Shown piece after piece: positions 16,959-25,863 of a DNA stretch of 64,000 bases. Every line of letters begins with the position of its first letter. Position 1 is the first letter of the stretch. Under the pieces are notes generated by a model. The model was not told the origin of the DNA and did no database searches. It saw only the letters and a program-made list of their open reading frames with translations. Made by a program: the position numbers and the translations under genes. Origin of the DNA: Dehalococcoidales bacterium (GTDB lineage: Bacteria > Chloroflexota > Dehalococcoidia > Dehalococcoidales > RBG-16-60-22); the NCBI GenBank assembly GCA_050014095.1, contig JBEKDZ010000004.1, positions 90,834 to 154,833 on the forward strand, given 5' to 3'.

Positions 16959-17948
16959 TCACCCCCCAATGGGTATCACTTTACCGTCTGCTTCCAGAGA
17001 GCGCTGGCAGGATGACAGTATCTCCAGTACCCGGAGTCCATTGCGTCCATCCGTTCTCGGCTTTTTCCTGGCTTTTATCACATTGATGAACTCCTGGCAT
17101 TCCAGTTTAAGGGGTTCATCATCGGAGACTTTAATCGCTTCCGGTTCGCCAGGATGCGTGATGGGTTTTTTCTCCACCCACTCGATTTCATGCTTGAAAA
17201 CGACAAGCTTATCTTTAGAGGTATCATTGAACTCGGCCATTTCCCTATCGCCGATGACAACCAGCTTTTGCTCTTTATAGGGGTGCAACCATGAAACAAA
17301 AATGTGGGCTTTGGCGCCGCTCCGGAACGACATGTTGGTCAGAGTAATATCGGCAATATCATGATGAAGATAATAGCCGCCGTGGGTGCAAATTTCGAAG
17401 GGCATTTCCCCATCCAGGAGGGAGAGAATTACGGAGATATCATGAGGAGCGAAGCTCCAGAGGATATTCTCTTCAGTTCGTATCTTGCCAAAGTTAAGCC
17501 GGTTAGAGTAGATATACTGGATTTTACCTAGCTCTCCTTTATTGATAATTTCCTTCAGTTTGACCACAGCAGGGTGGTACTCCAGAAGGTGCCCTACCAT
17601 CAAAATTTTGCTGTTCTTTTCAGCAAGCTTAACGAGCTCCTGCCCCTCTTCTATCTTCAAAGCCAGGGGTTTTTCCACAAAGGTATCTTTACCGGCCTGC
17701 AATGCCTGTTTCGCCATGCTGTAGTGAAGCGCGGCAGGGGTAGCAATGACAACCCCGGCGATGTCTTTATTCTGGAGGACGCGGGCAAAGTCCGTCTCTA
17801 AATCCACTCCCAGGTAAAGAGTCTTGAAATCAGCCAGTGCCTTGGCATCCACGTCACAGATAGTGTGGAGAGCACCAAGCTCGGCGAAGTTCCGCACCAG
17901 GTTCTTCCCCCAGTAACCACCCCCAATGACCGCGATATTTCCTGCCAT
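16959..17948 (-). CDS. wbpB: Gfo/Idh/MocA-family NAD oxidoreductase (WbpB-like 3-dehydrogenase)
   Basis: N-terminal Rossmann motif IAVIGGGYWGKNLVRNF. EKPLAL block typical of the family. Lies between WbpA-like and WbpD-like genes. Confidence 0.7.
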   Translation of the reverse strand: MAGNIAVIGGGYWGKNLVRNFAELGALHTICDVDAKALADFKTLYLGVDLETDFARVLQNKDIAGVVIATPAALHYSMAKQALQAGKDTFVEKPLALKIEEGQELVKLAEKNSKILMVGHLLEYHPAVVKLKEIINKGELGKIQYIYSNRLNFGKIRTEENILWSFAPHDISVILSLLDGEMPFEICTHGGYYLHHDIADITLTNMSFRSGAKAHIFVSWLHPYKEQKLVVIGDREMAEFNDTSKDKLVVFKHEIEWVEKKPITHPGEPEAIKVSDDEPLKLECQEFINVIKARKKPRTDGRNGLRVLEILSSCQRSLEADGKVIPIGG

Positions 17949-19258
17949 TACTCGCCAAGCCTGATGATATTTTTATAGTTCAGTTTTCGCGTCGCGCCCC
18001 GGGTGTCGAAAACCAGTTTTGACCACCGCACAATCTGGTCGTAGTCGTAGGCGGTATGGTTAGTGGCGATAATAACGCAGTCCATTTTCCCCAGCGACTC
18101 TTGGGTAACTTCGATGGATTTTAAGACGTGGCCTTTGATATAGCTGGTTTCCGGTATATAGGGGTCATTATAGTCTACCTTGGCTCGCTTTTTCAGTAAT
18201 AACTCTATTAGCTTCAGGGAGGGAGATTCTCTCGGGTCGCCGACATCTTTCTTATAGGCTATGCCGAGGACTAGTATTTTAGCGTCCTTAATAGATTTGC
18301 CGTGATTATTCAGAGCTTCCGCGATACGTTCTACCACGTAATAAGGTATCCGCTCGTTGATTTCACCTGCCAGCTCGATAAAGCGAGTATGGAAATCGTA
18401 CTCCTTGGCTTTATCAGCGAGATAATAGGGGTCGAGGGGGATGCAGTGGCCACCCACGCCCGGCCCGGGGTAAAAAGGCATAAATCCGTACGGCTTGGTC
18501 GAGGCGGCTTCAATGACTTCCCACATGCTGATACCTAAAACATGGCAAAGCTGCGCCGTCTCATTCACCAGAGCGATATTGACGGACCGGAACACGTTCT
18601 CGAACACCTTGGTCATCTCCGCAACTTCGGCCGAGGATACCGGGTACACTTTATCCACTATCTGGCTGTAGAGCAGTAAAGCCATCTTGGTTGACTCGGA
18701 TTCTATACCACCGACTATTTTGGGAACGTTCTTGAGGCTGTACTTAACGGTGCCGGGGTCAATCCTCTCCGGAGAAAAAGCCAGATAAAAATCCTTGCCC
18801 ACTTTCAGTCCGTTTTTTTCCAGAATGGGCAGACACACCTCCCTCGTTGTCCCCGGATAAGTGGTGCTTTCGACGACGATAAGCTGCCCGGGACGGAGGC
18901 GCTTGGCTACTTCCTCGGTCTCGTAGATAATATAAGAAAGGTCCGGCTGTTTTGTCTTGGTCAGCGGGGTCGGCACGCATAAAGATATTGTATCGGCTTC
19001 GGCTAACCTGTCCTGGTTCTGGGTAGCCTCCAGCAGCTTTTTGCTCACGACATGAGCAAGCCTTTCACTGGTGACATCACCGATGTAAGACTCCCCACGG
19101 TTAACCGCATCAACCCGTCGCTTCTGGATTTCGACCCCGAGTACATGATAACCGGCCTCGGCGAAGGCTACTACCAGCGGTAGTCCCACGTAGCCGAGAC
19201 CGATGACGCTTATTATGGCTGATTTGTCCCTTATCTTTTGCTCTAAATTATGTAACAC
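17948..19258 (-). CDS. wbpA: UDP-N-acetyl-hexosamine 6-dehydrogenase (WbpA/WecC-type nucleotide-sugar dehydrogenase)
   Basis: 436 aa. VIGLGYVGLPLVVAFAEAGYHVLGVEI; catalytic-Cys block GVGGHCIPLDPYY. First gene of the A-B-D-E-PAP2 minus-strand operon. Confidence 0.7.
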   Translation of the reverse strand: MLHNLEQKIRDKSAIISVIGLGYVGLPLVVAFAEAGYHVLGVEIQKRRVDAVNRGESYIGDVTSERLAHVVSKKLLEATQNQDRLAEADTISLCVPTPLTKTKQPDLSYIIYETEEVAKRLRPGQLIVVESTTYPGTTREVCLPILEKNGLKVGKDFYLAFSPERIDPGTVKYSLKNVPKIVGGIESESTKMALLLYSQIVDKVYPVSSAEVAEMTKVFENVFRSVNIALVNETAQLCHVLGISMWEVIEAASTKPYGFMPFYPGPGVGGHCIPLDPYYLADKAKEYDFHTRFIELAGEINERIPYYVVERIAEALNNHGKSIKDAKILVLGIAYKKDVGDPRESPSLKLIELLLKKRAKVDYNDPYIPETSYIKGHVLKSIEVTQESLGKMDCVIIATNHTAYDYDQIVRWSKLVFDTRGATRKLNYKNIIRLGE

Positions 19259-19405
19259 TATCCTCGATATTCATATGATCAGGCAAGACTGCCGACCATT
19301 GCCGTAGGAGCGGAATTTTCATTACTGATTATATTACGGGTCAGCTAAACAAGCAAATTACCCCTCCGGTTTATCTCAAGAATTGCCCCAGAAAAACCCC
19401 AAGAG

Positions 19406-19434
19406 TTGACAATTATAATGACGCCAAGTAGGAT
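19406..19434 (+). promoter_or_regulatory. Candidate sigma70-type promoter
   Basis: TTGACA (19406-19411), 17-nt spacer, TAGGAT (19429-19434). A GAGGTGG RBS precedes the GTG start at 19526. Confidence 0.4.
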
Positions 19435-19525
19435 ATAGCTAGATAGAATTTCCACCAGTTATGGAACACAGTCGATCTGTTTTCGCTCATTCGCGGCGTC
19501 CGGGCCTCGTAGTCGAGGTGGTTCT

Positions 19526-20809
19526 GTGACCGAGGCATCTGATTTCAAAAAAGTCCTTATAATTGTCCACCTGCCCCGTTCTTCCCCCAGGATTGCCGGC
19601 ATGGTCAAATACCTGCCGGAATTTGGCTGGCAACCAATTATCTTAACCGGGACGACGACACAATATAAGGACCTGCCAGCTAGAATTATCGAAACACCCT
19701 ACCGAAATGCCTTGGGGCGTCTGGGTAATTTGTTCAAGTTTAAACCGGATGAAGATATTAGACGGCAGATAAAAGATGGCTTGAATATCACATCCAGGAA
19801 ATCTATCTTGGATTTATTTCTCAATTTCGCATCAGAGGTCATTAATTACCCCTGCCTGGATAAAAACTGGATGCCCTATGCTATTGAAGCGGGAAGAAAG
19901 CTTTTACAAAACGAGCGAATAGATGCCTTATTTTCTACCTCTCAGCCGATAATCAGCCATCTTATCGCCAAGCAGCTAAAAACCGAGTTTAAAATGCCCT
20001 GGCTCGCCGACCTGCGCGACCTGTGGTCACAGAATGCCAATTACGGCTACAGCCGTCTAAGGCGGGCTTTTGACAGAAGACTGGAAATTAAGACCCTGGC
20101 CAAAGCCGATGCCCTGATAACCGTCTCCGAACCGCTGGCGGAGAAACTTAGGAGGTTACACACAGAGAAACCTGTTTATGCTGTGCCTCCCGGCTTTGAC
20201 CTGGCGCAGGTAAATGACCCGCCATCGGTACTATCGCCTAAATTCACTCTTACCTACACCGGCACTATTTATACGGGGAAACAGGATCCGGCGAAGCTTC
20301 TTATCGCAATAAAAGACCTCATCGCTGAAGGTACGATGAAGCCGGAAGAGGTGGAGGTTAAATTTTATGGTCTAAAGTCACCTGCCCTGGACAAAGAGAG
20401 TAAACGATACGGGCTGAAGGAAATTATCAGGCAATATGGGGTTGTACCGCAGGCGGTTGCCCTGGAAAAGCAAAGGGAGTCGCAGGCGCTCATACTCTTT
20501 GACTGGGATGACCCGAAAGAGAAAGGCGTGTACACCTGCAAAATTTTCGAATATCTTGGCGCGCGCCGTCCCATCATTGCCACGGGCGGTGTTAAAGGTA
20601 ATGTTATCGATTCGCTGCTGGCAGAGACCGGGGCTGGAGTGCACGCACCAGCGGCTGAGGATATCAAAAAGGCGTTGCAGAAAATGTACCAGGAATATAA
20701 GCAGTCCGGGCAGGTGAGCTATCGCGGTAATATTTCTAAAATAGATAAATTCAGTCACCGGGAAATGGCGAGGAGATTTGCGGAAATCCTGGCGCAGGCG
20801 GCGGAGTGA
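19526..20809 (+). CDS. GT-B fold glycosyltransferase (GT4-like)
   Basis: 427 aa, GTG start. C-terminal CKIFEYLGARRPIIATGGVKGNVIDSLLAETGAGV fits the GT-B donor-binding region. Monocistronic between divergent and convergent glycan genes. Confidence 0.55.
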   Translation: MTEASDFKKVLIIVHLPRSSPRIAGMVKYLPEFGWQPIILTGTTTQYKDLPARIIETPYRNALGRLGNLFKFKPDEDIRRQIKDGLNITSRKSILDLFLNFASEVINYPCLDKNWMPYAIEAGRKLLQNERIDALFSTSQPIISHLIAKQLKTEFKMPWLADLRDLWSQNANYGYSRLRRAFDRRLEIKTLAKADALITVSEPLAEKLRRLHTEKPVYAVPPGFDLAQVNDPPSVLSPKFTLTYTGTIYTGKQDPAKLLIAIKDLIAEGTMKPEEVEVKFYGLKSPALDKESKRYGLKEIIRQYGVVPQAVALEKQRESQALILFDWDDPKEKGVYTCKIFEYLGARRPIIATGGVKGNVIDSLLAETGAGVHAPAAEDIKKALQKMYQEYKQSGQVSYRGNISKIDKFSHREMARRFAEILAQAAE

Positions 20810-20962
20810 ACGACCGATTCTTTAAGACCACAATACAGTTACGCCGTTCCATATTTAAATATCATCACTAACAAACTCCTACAATGATACAGCTGATTTA
20901 GTGACTCCTTGTGATAAGTGACATTGCTCTTTGTTACCTTTAGAACAAATGTTGGTGTTCCC

Positions 20963-20991
20963 TTGTTCGAAAATGACTGAAGCATTATAAT
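20963..20991 (+). promoter_or_regulatory. Candidate promoter for the 21014-30311 ten-gene operon
   Basis: TTGTTC (20963-20968), 17-nt spacer, TATAAT (20986-20991). An AAGGA RBS precedes the ATG at 21014. Confidence 0.4.
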
Positions 20992-21013
20992 ATTAGCTAA
21001 CTAAGGACTCAAT

Positions 21014-22201
21014 ATGAAGATACCGGTTGTTAAGCCATATTTTGATAACAAGGAAATAGAAGCGGTTACTTCGGTGCTGAAATCGGGCTGGCTGGTTCAG
21101 GGGCCGATGGTGGCTGAATTTGAAAGGATGATTACCGGCTTTACTAAAGTTAAATTCGCCAAAGCCTCTTCCTCTTGCACCACCGCCCTTCACCTGGCAT
21201 TGCTGGCATCAGGGATAGGACATGGCGATAGGGTTTTGGTACCCTCTTTTACCTATGTTGCCTCGGCTAACGCCATTGAATACACCGGCGCCACGCCGGT
21301 ATTCATTGATATTAACCCTGATACCTTTAATATCGACCCTCAAAAGATAGCCGATTATCTAGAAAAATCACGACAATCAAATATTAAGGGTATCGTGCCT
21401 GTTCACCTTTTTGGTCTTGCGGCCGATATGAACCCGATAATGGAAATAGCTCGACAATATAATTTGAAGGTTATTGAAGATGCCGCCTGCGCTCTGGGGA
21501 CATTTTATTATAAAAAACATGTTGGGACTTTCGGCAACGCTGGTTGCTTCAGTCTGCATCCCCGTAAATCCATAACCACCGGCGAGGGCGGCATAACCAT
21601 TACCAACGATAAAGAGATTGCCACAGCCATCGAATCCTTGAGAAACCACGGCGCCAGCGTCTCGGACCTGGCACGACACCAGAAAGAAGGGTTTTTACTA
21701 CCAGAGTTTAATATCCTGGGCTATAACTACAGGATGACTGATTTACAGGGCGCCATCGGCATTGAGCAGATGAAAAAGTTAACCTTTATTATCAACCAGA
21801 AGACTAAGAGAGCCAGGCTCTATGATGAGCGACTAAAGGGAATCGATTACCTGCGGCTTCCGTCTGCCCCTGAAGGGTACCGGCATGTCTATCAGTCTTA
21901 CGTGGCGCAGATTAAGAACCCGACATCGAAGAACCTGTCTCTTGATGAGCTTAATCAGATAAGGAATAGAATTATGCTCAAGCTGGAGGAAAAGGGAATA
22001 GCCACCAGACAAGGAACTCACGCGGTTCATACGCTGGGCTACTATCGTAAAAAATATAACCTGAAGGACGGCGATTATCCTAACTCTCTGGCTGCCGATA
22101 GATTGAGTATTACCCTGCCTTTATACGTTCAGATGACCGATAAGGAGCAGGAATATGTCATTGATAATCTCCTGGCAATAGCCGGAGGGTATTTCGGGTA
22201 A
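21014..22201 (+). CDS. DegT/DnrJ/EryC1-family PLP sugar aminotransferase (second copy)
   Basis: 395 aa. MKIPVVKPYF start; Lys block FSLHPRKSITTGEGGIT. Confidence 0.8.
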   Translation: MKIPVVKPYFDNKEIEAVTSVLKSGWLVQGPMVAEFERMITGFTKVKFAKASSSCTTALHLALLASGIGHGDRVLVPSFTYVASANAIEYTGATPVFIDINPDTFNIDPQKIADYLEKSRQSNIKGIVPVHLFGLAADMNPIMEIARQYNLKVIEDAACALGTFYYKKHVGTFGNAGCFSLHPRKSITTGEGGITITNDKEIATAIESLRNHGASVSDLARHQKEGFLLPEFNILGYNYRMTDLQGAIGIEQMKKLTFIINQKTKRARLYDERLKGIDYLRLPSAPEGYRHVYQSYVAQIKNPTSKNLSLDELNQIRNRIMLKLEEKGIATRQGTHAVHTLGYYRKKYNLKDGDYPNSLAADRLSITLPLYVQMTDKEQEYVIDNLLAIAGGYFG

Positions 22202-22216
22202 TTTAGGAGTGATAAA

Positions 22217-22870
22217 GTGATTCACCAGTCAGCCAGGATATATGGTAAGAGCACCGTAACAGAAAATAGCTTTATATTGGAGAACGTGATATTGGGATAC
22301 CCGGATAGGGAAAGTTTAAACAATATACGGGCGAAGAATATTAGGGTTGAGGATTCTCAACATCAGGGCAGTAGCGTTGGTGAGAACGCTCTGATTAGAG
22401 CCAATACTATTATCTACTGCAAGGTCCGTATCGGGAAGAACTTCCAAACAGGGCATAATGTCCTTATCCGAGAAAATACTTCCATCGGGGACAATGTCAG
22501 TATTGGTACGAATTCGATTGTCGAGGGCAACACTAAGATTGGCAACAACGTCAATATTCAGAGCAATGCGTTTATCCCTATCAACACTACCATAGAAGAC
22601 CTCGTTTTTATCGGCCCCAACGCCGTACTTACCAACGATAAGTATCCCCCCTCTAGAATTAAAAAGGAACTAAAAGGGCCTATATTAAGAAGAGGGGTAT
22701 CGGTCGGCGCCAATGCCACGATACTGCCTGGTCTGGAGATTGGTGAAGGCAGCATGATTGCCGCGGGTGCTATTGTTACCAAAGATGTCCCGAGTTGGAA
22801 ACTGGCGGTCGGCTGTCCGGCTAAGATAATTGACTTGCCTGAAAAACTAAAGGTACTCAATAAAATATAG
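22217..22870 (+). CDS. Hexapeptide-repeat sugar N-acetyltransferase (second copy)
   Basis: 217 aa, GTG start. Long run of hexapeptide turns ([31 protein letters not shown]...). Confidence 0.75.
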   Translation: MIHQSARIYGKSTVTENSFILENVILGYPDRESLNNIRAKNIRVEDSQHQGSSVGENALIRANTIIYCKVRIGKNFQTGHNVLIRENTSIGDNVSIGTNSIVEGNTKIGNNVNIQSNAFIPINTTIEDLVFIGPNAVLTNDKYPPSRIKKELKGPILRRGVSVGANATILPGLEIGEGSMIAAGAIVTKDVPSWKLAVGCPAKIIDLPEKLKVLNKI

Positions 22871-22888
22871 AATTGTTGGGGTATTGAT

Positions 22889-23809
22889 ATGAAAGTTGGC
22901 GTTATTGGCGTCGGCAATATGGGGAAAAACCATGTCCGTGTCTATCGTGAGCTCGGCACAGAGTTAGTGGGTGTGGCTGATATTAATTTTGATGTAGCCC
23001 AAAATATCGCCGCTCAATACAAGACAAAGGCGTACTCCGACTATAACGAGTTGCTAGCCAAGGGACTGGATGCGGTTAGCATCGCTGTCCCGACCACACG
23101 GCACAAAGCAATAGCTTTGGCGGCCATACAGAAAGGGGTAAATCTGCTCATTGAAAAACCGATAGCAGATTCTGTTGAGAATGCCCAGGAGTTAATTAAG
23201 GCAGCCAAGAGCCATAAAGTGAAACTCATGGTAGGACACATTGAACGATTCAACCCGGCTGTCAGAACACTAAAAGAAATCATCGATGATGGGGTGCTGG
23301 GGGACTTGGTGTATATCTCGGCAAAGAGAGTCGGCCCCTTTGTTCCCAGGGTTAGCGATGTAGGCATAATCATTGACATGGCTACCCATGATATCGATGT
23401 TATTAGATATTTCATCGGCAAAGAGTGCACCAGTGTTTTTGCCAGGTCTACAAGATGGAAGAATGTAAAAGGCGATGCGGCGATAATACTCATGGGCTTC
23501 GGGGAGGTTTCCGCCTCCGTAGAGGTCAACTGGTATACCCCCCACCGCGAAAGAAACCTCGCGGTAACCGGTACTAAAGGCGTCGCTTATTTGGATTATA
23601 TTAAACAGGAGATAGAAATATTTAAGGCAGAATGGAAGATGATTCCGGAGGTGCCACGTGCTGAACCGCTCAAGCTGGAGCTGGAGCATTTCCTTGACTG
23701 TGTCGGGAAGGATAAAGAACCTCTGGTAAGTGGTACGGATGGGTTGAAGGCGCTGGAAATCGCCATTAAGGCTGGGCAAGTAAGCGGCTCGGAAGAGAAA
23801 AACCTGTGA
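22889..23809 (+). CDS. Gfo/Idh/MocA-family NAD oxidoreductase (second copy)
   Basis: MKVGVIGVGNMGKNHVRVY Rossmann motif; EKPIADS block. Confidence 0.75.
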   Translation: MKVGVIGVGNMGKNHVRVYRELGTELVGVADINFDVAQNIAAQYKTKAYSDYNELLAKGLDAVSIAVPTTRHKAIALAAIQKGVNLLIEKPIADSVENAQELIKAAKSHKVKLMVGHIERFNPAVRTLKEIIDDGVLGDLVYISAKRVGPFVPRVSDVGIIIDMATHDIDVIRYFIGKECTSVFARSTRWKNVKGDAAIILMGFGEVSASVEVNWYTPHRERNLAVTGTKGVAYLDYIKQEIEIFKAEWKMIPEVPRAEPLKLELEHFLDCVGKDKEPLVSGTDGLKALEIAIKAGQVSGSEEKNL

Positions 23810-24774
23810 ATCTTAACAATAAATCAGTCCTGGTGACCGGGGGCGCTGGCTTCATCGGCAGCCATCTCGTTGATAGGCTAATAGACGAAAAGCCGGCTAA
23901 TCTGGTGGTAGTAGATAATTTCTTCCTTGGTAAGGAAGATAACCTGAACGAAGCAAAACAAAAATACCCCCGCCTCAAAATATACCGCCAGGATGCCGCC
24001 GACTTTAAAACGATGAAGAGCCTGGTCAAGCGACAGGGCATACAGGTAGTATTTAACCTGGCTGTAATTCCGCTGCCTGCTTCTATAGAAAAACCCAGAT
24101 GGGTCTATGAACAGAATAACGATATCACCCTTTGCTTTTGCGAGTTGGCCAGGGAAGGCTGTTTTGAAACACTGATTCACTTCTCGTCGTCGGAAGCCTA
24201 CGGCACCTGTCAATACTCGCCAATGGATGAGAGCCACCCCCTGGTTCCCACCACCCCTTATGGCGCCAGCAAGGCGGCTAGTGACTTGCTCGTGCTGTCT
24301 TATATCAAGACGTTTAACATCGATGCGGCGATCATAAGGCCGTTCAACAATTATGGTCCGAGGCAGAATGAAGGCAGCTACGCCGGCGTTATTCCTTTAA
24401 CCATTAAGCGGATATTATCTGGGGAATCGCCGGTAATCTACGGCGATGGCAAGCAAACGAGGGACTATATTTTTGTAACTGATACCACCGAGGCTGCTGT
24501 ACAAATATATAACCACGAAACTACTAGAGGTAGGATTATCAACATCGGCAGCGGTAGCGAAATCACGATAAACAAGCTGCTCAAAACAATTTCACAGCAT
24601 ATGAACTACGACAAAACCATCGTATATGAAAATGAGAGACTGGGCGATGTGAGGAGATTAATCGCCAATATAGACCTTGCCCGCGATTTAATCGGTTTCA
24701 AACCCAAGACCGACTTTGATAATGGCTTGAAGCTTACTATTGATTGGTATAGAAAAAACCTGAAAACAGGATAA
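23806..24774 (+). CDS. Extended-SDR NAD-dependent sugar epimerase/dehydratase
   Basis: VTGGAGFIGSHLVDRL; catalytic SSSEAYG ... YGASKAA (S/Y-x3-K). 4-nt overlap with the upstream gene. Confidence 0.8.
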   Translation: MNLNNKSVLVTGGAGFIGSHLVDRLIDEKPANLVVVDNFFLGKEDNLNEAKQKYPRLKIYRQDAADFKTMKSLVKRQGIQVVFNLAVIPLPASIEKPRWVYEQNNDITLCFCELAREGCFETLIHFSSSEAYGTCQYSPMDESHPLVPTTPYGASKAASDLLVLSYIKTFNIDAAIIRPFNNYGPRQNEGSYAGVIPLTIKRILSGESPVIYGDGKQTRDYIFVTDTTEAAVQIYNHETTRGRIINIGSGSEITINKLLKTISQHMNYDKTIVYENERLGDVRRLIANIDLARDLIGFKPKTDFDNGLKLTIDWYRKNLKTG

Positions 24775-24778
24775 AGCG

Positions 24779-25861
24779 ATGCTGCAAATAAAACTGCTCA
24801 AGCCGGAAAGAGAAGACGAATACACCCGTCTCATCTTGAGCGATGAAAGGTCCCTCTTCAATAGCTCTCTGAAATTCCGCGAGCTATTGAGGCGGGTAAC
24901 CGGTGCGAGCGATTATTACCTAATCGCATTAGAGGGCGGCAAAATTGTTGGCGCGTTGCCGGCTTTCTTAAAACTAAACGCCAAATACGGAAATGTTCTT
25001 AACTCGTTGCCCTGGTACGGCAGCAATCCGGGCATAGTAGTAGACTCTTCAAACCCCGACCGACAGCAGGTAAAAATCAACCTGCTAAACGCTTTCCATG
25101 AGCTGGCGCAGGAGAAACAGGCAGTGACTTCTACCATTATTACGCGGCCATTTGAGGTCGACCAAGAGCTTTACCAGAAGTACACCAAGTACAACTATCT
25201 GGATAGCCGGATCGGGATGATGACACCGTTGCCTGAATTCGGCGAAAACATAGATGCAGACCTGATGTCCATCATCCATTCCAAGACCAGGAATCTGGTG
25301 AGAAAAGCGCAGAAATCGGGCATGAAGTTCTACCATGATAATAGCCAGGAGGCCCTTCGTTTCCTGGCCGATACACACTACAAGAATATGGTAGAAGTCG
25401 GCGCGCCGCCCAAGGAATCGGAGCTTTTCGAGACGTTAGCCGCCATCCTTAACTATGATAAGGACTACCGTATATATATTGCCGAGCTTGACGGCGTTAA
25501 AACTGCTGCCCTCCTGCTCACCTATTTTAATAAGACGGTCGGCTATTTCACTCCGGCGATAGTTGAAGAATATCGCAGCTATCAGCCGCTGAACCTGCTC
25601 ATTTTTAACGCTATGAAGGACGCCGCTGAAAAAGGCTTCCGCTACTGGAACTGGGGCGGGACGACACTCCCTTCCCAGGAGGGCGTCTATCACTTCAAAA
25701 AGAGGTGGGGTTCTCAAGAGTGCACGTACTATTACTACGTCCGTTCTTACGGTAATATCGACCACTTGCTGGCGGCGAGCAAGGAAACGTTATTGAGCGA
25801 ATATCCGTATTTTTACGTGTTGCCCTTCTCACAATTGAAAAATCAGGGTAAGGTGGTATAG
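24779..25861 (+). CDS. FemAB / Acetyltransf_6 (GNAT-fold) family transferase
   Basis: 360 aa. C-terminal LLTYFNKTVGYFTPA...YQPLNLLIFNAMKDAAEKGFRYWNWGG...GVYHFKKRWG matches the FemAB/BioF2-like pattern (y.y.g.....ylL....i..A...G...fdfGG......gl..FK..fG). Confidence 0.55.
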   Translation: MLQIKLLKPEREDEYTRLILSDERSLFNSSLKFRELLRRVTGASDYYLIALEGGKIVGALPAFLKLNAKYGNVLNSLPWYGSNPGIVVDSSNPDRQQVKINLLNAFHELAQEKQAVTSTIITRPFEVDQELYQKYTKYNYLDSRIGMMTPLPEFGENIDADLMSIIHSKTRNLVRKAQKSGMKFYHDNSQEALRFLADTHYKNMVEVGAPPKESELFETLAAILNYDKDYRIYIAELDGVKTAALLLTYFNKTVGYFTPAIVEEYRSYQPLNLLIFNAMKDAAEKGFRYWNWGGTTLPSQEGVYHFKKRWGSQECTYYYYVRSYGNIDHLLAASKETLLSEYPYFYVLPFSQLKNQGKVV

Positions 25862-25863
25862 GA

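Noticed and set aside
16265-17086. Long antisense ORFs in the track: 16265-17086 (+, 273 aa), 13112-13660 (-), 23041-23529 (-), 23270-23779 (-), 33527-34096 (+), 43474-43977 (-), 49050-49583 (-) and 39961-40437 (-).
   Set aside because: Each lies fully inside, and opposite to, a gene with strong family motifs. Their translations are low-complexity (Ser/Pro/Arg/Thr-rich) with no recognisable motifs or RBS. They are typical shadow ORFs of moderately GC-rich coding DNA.
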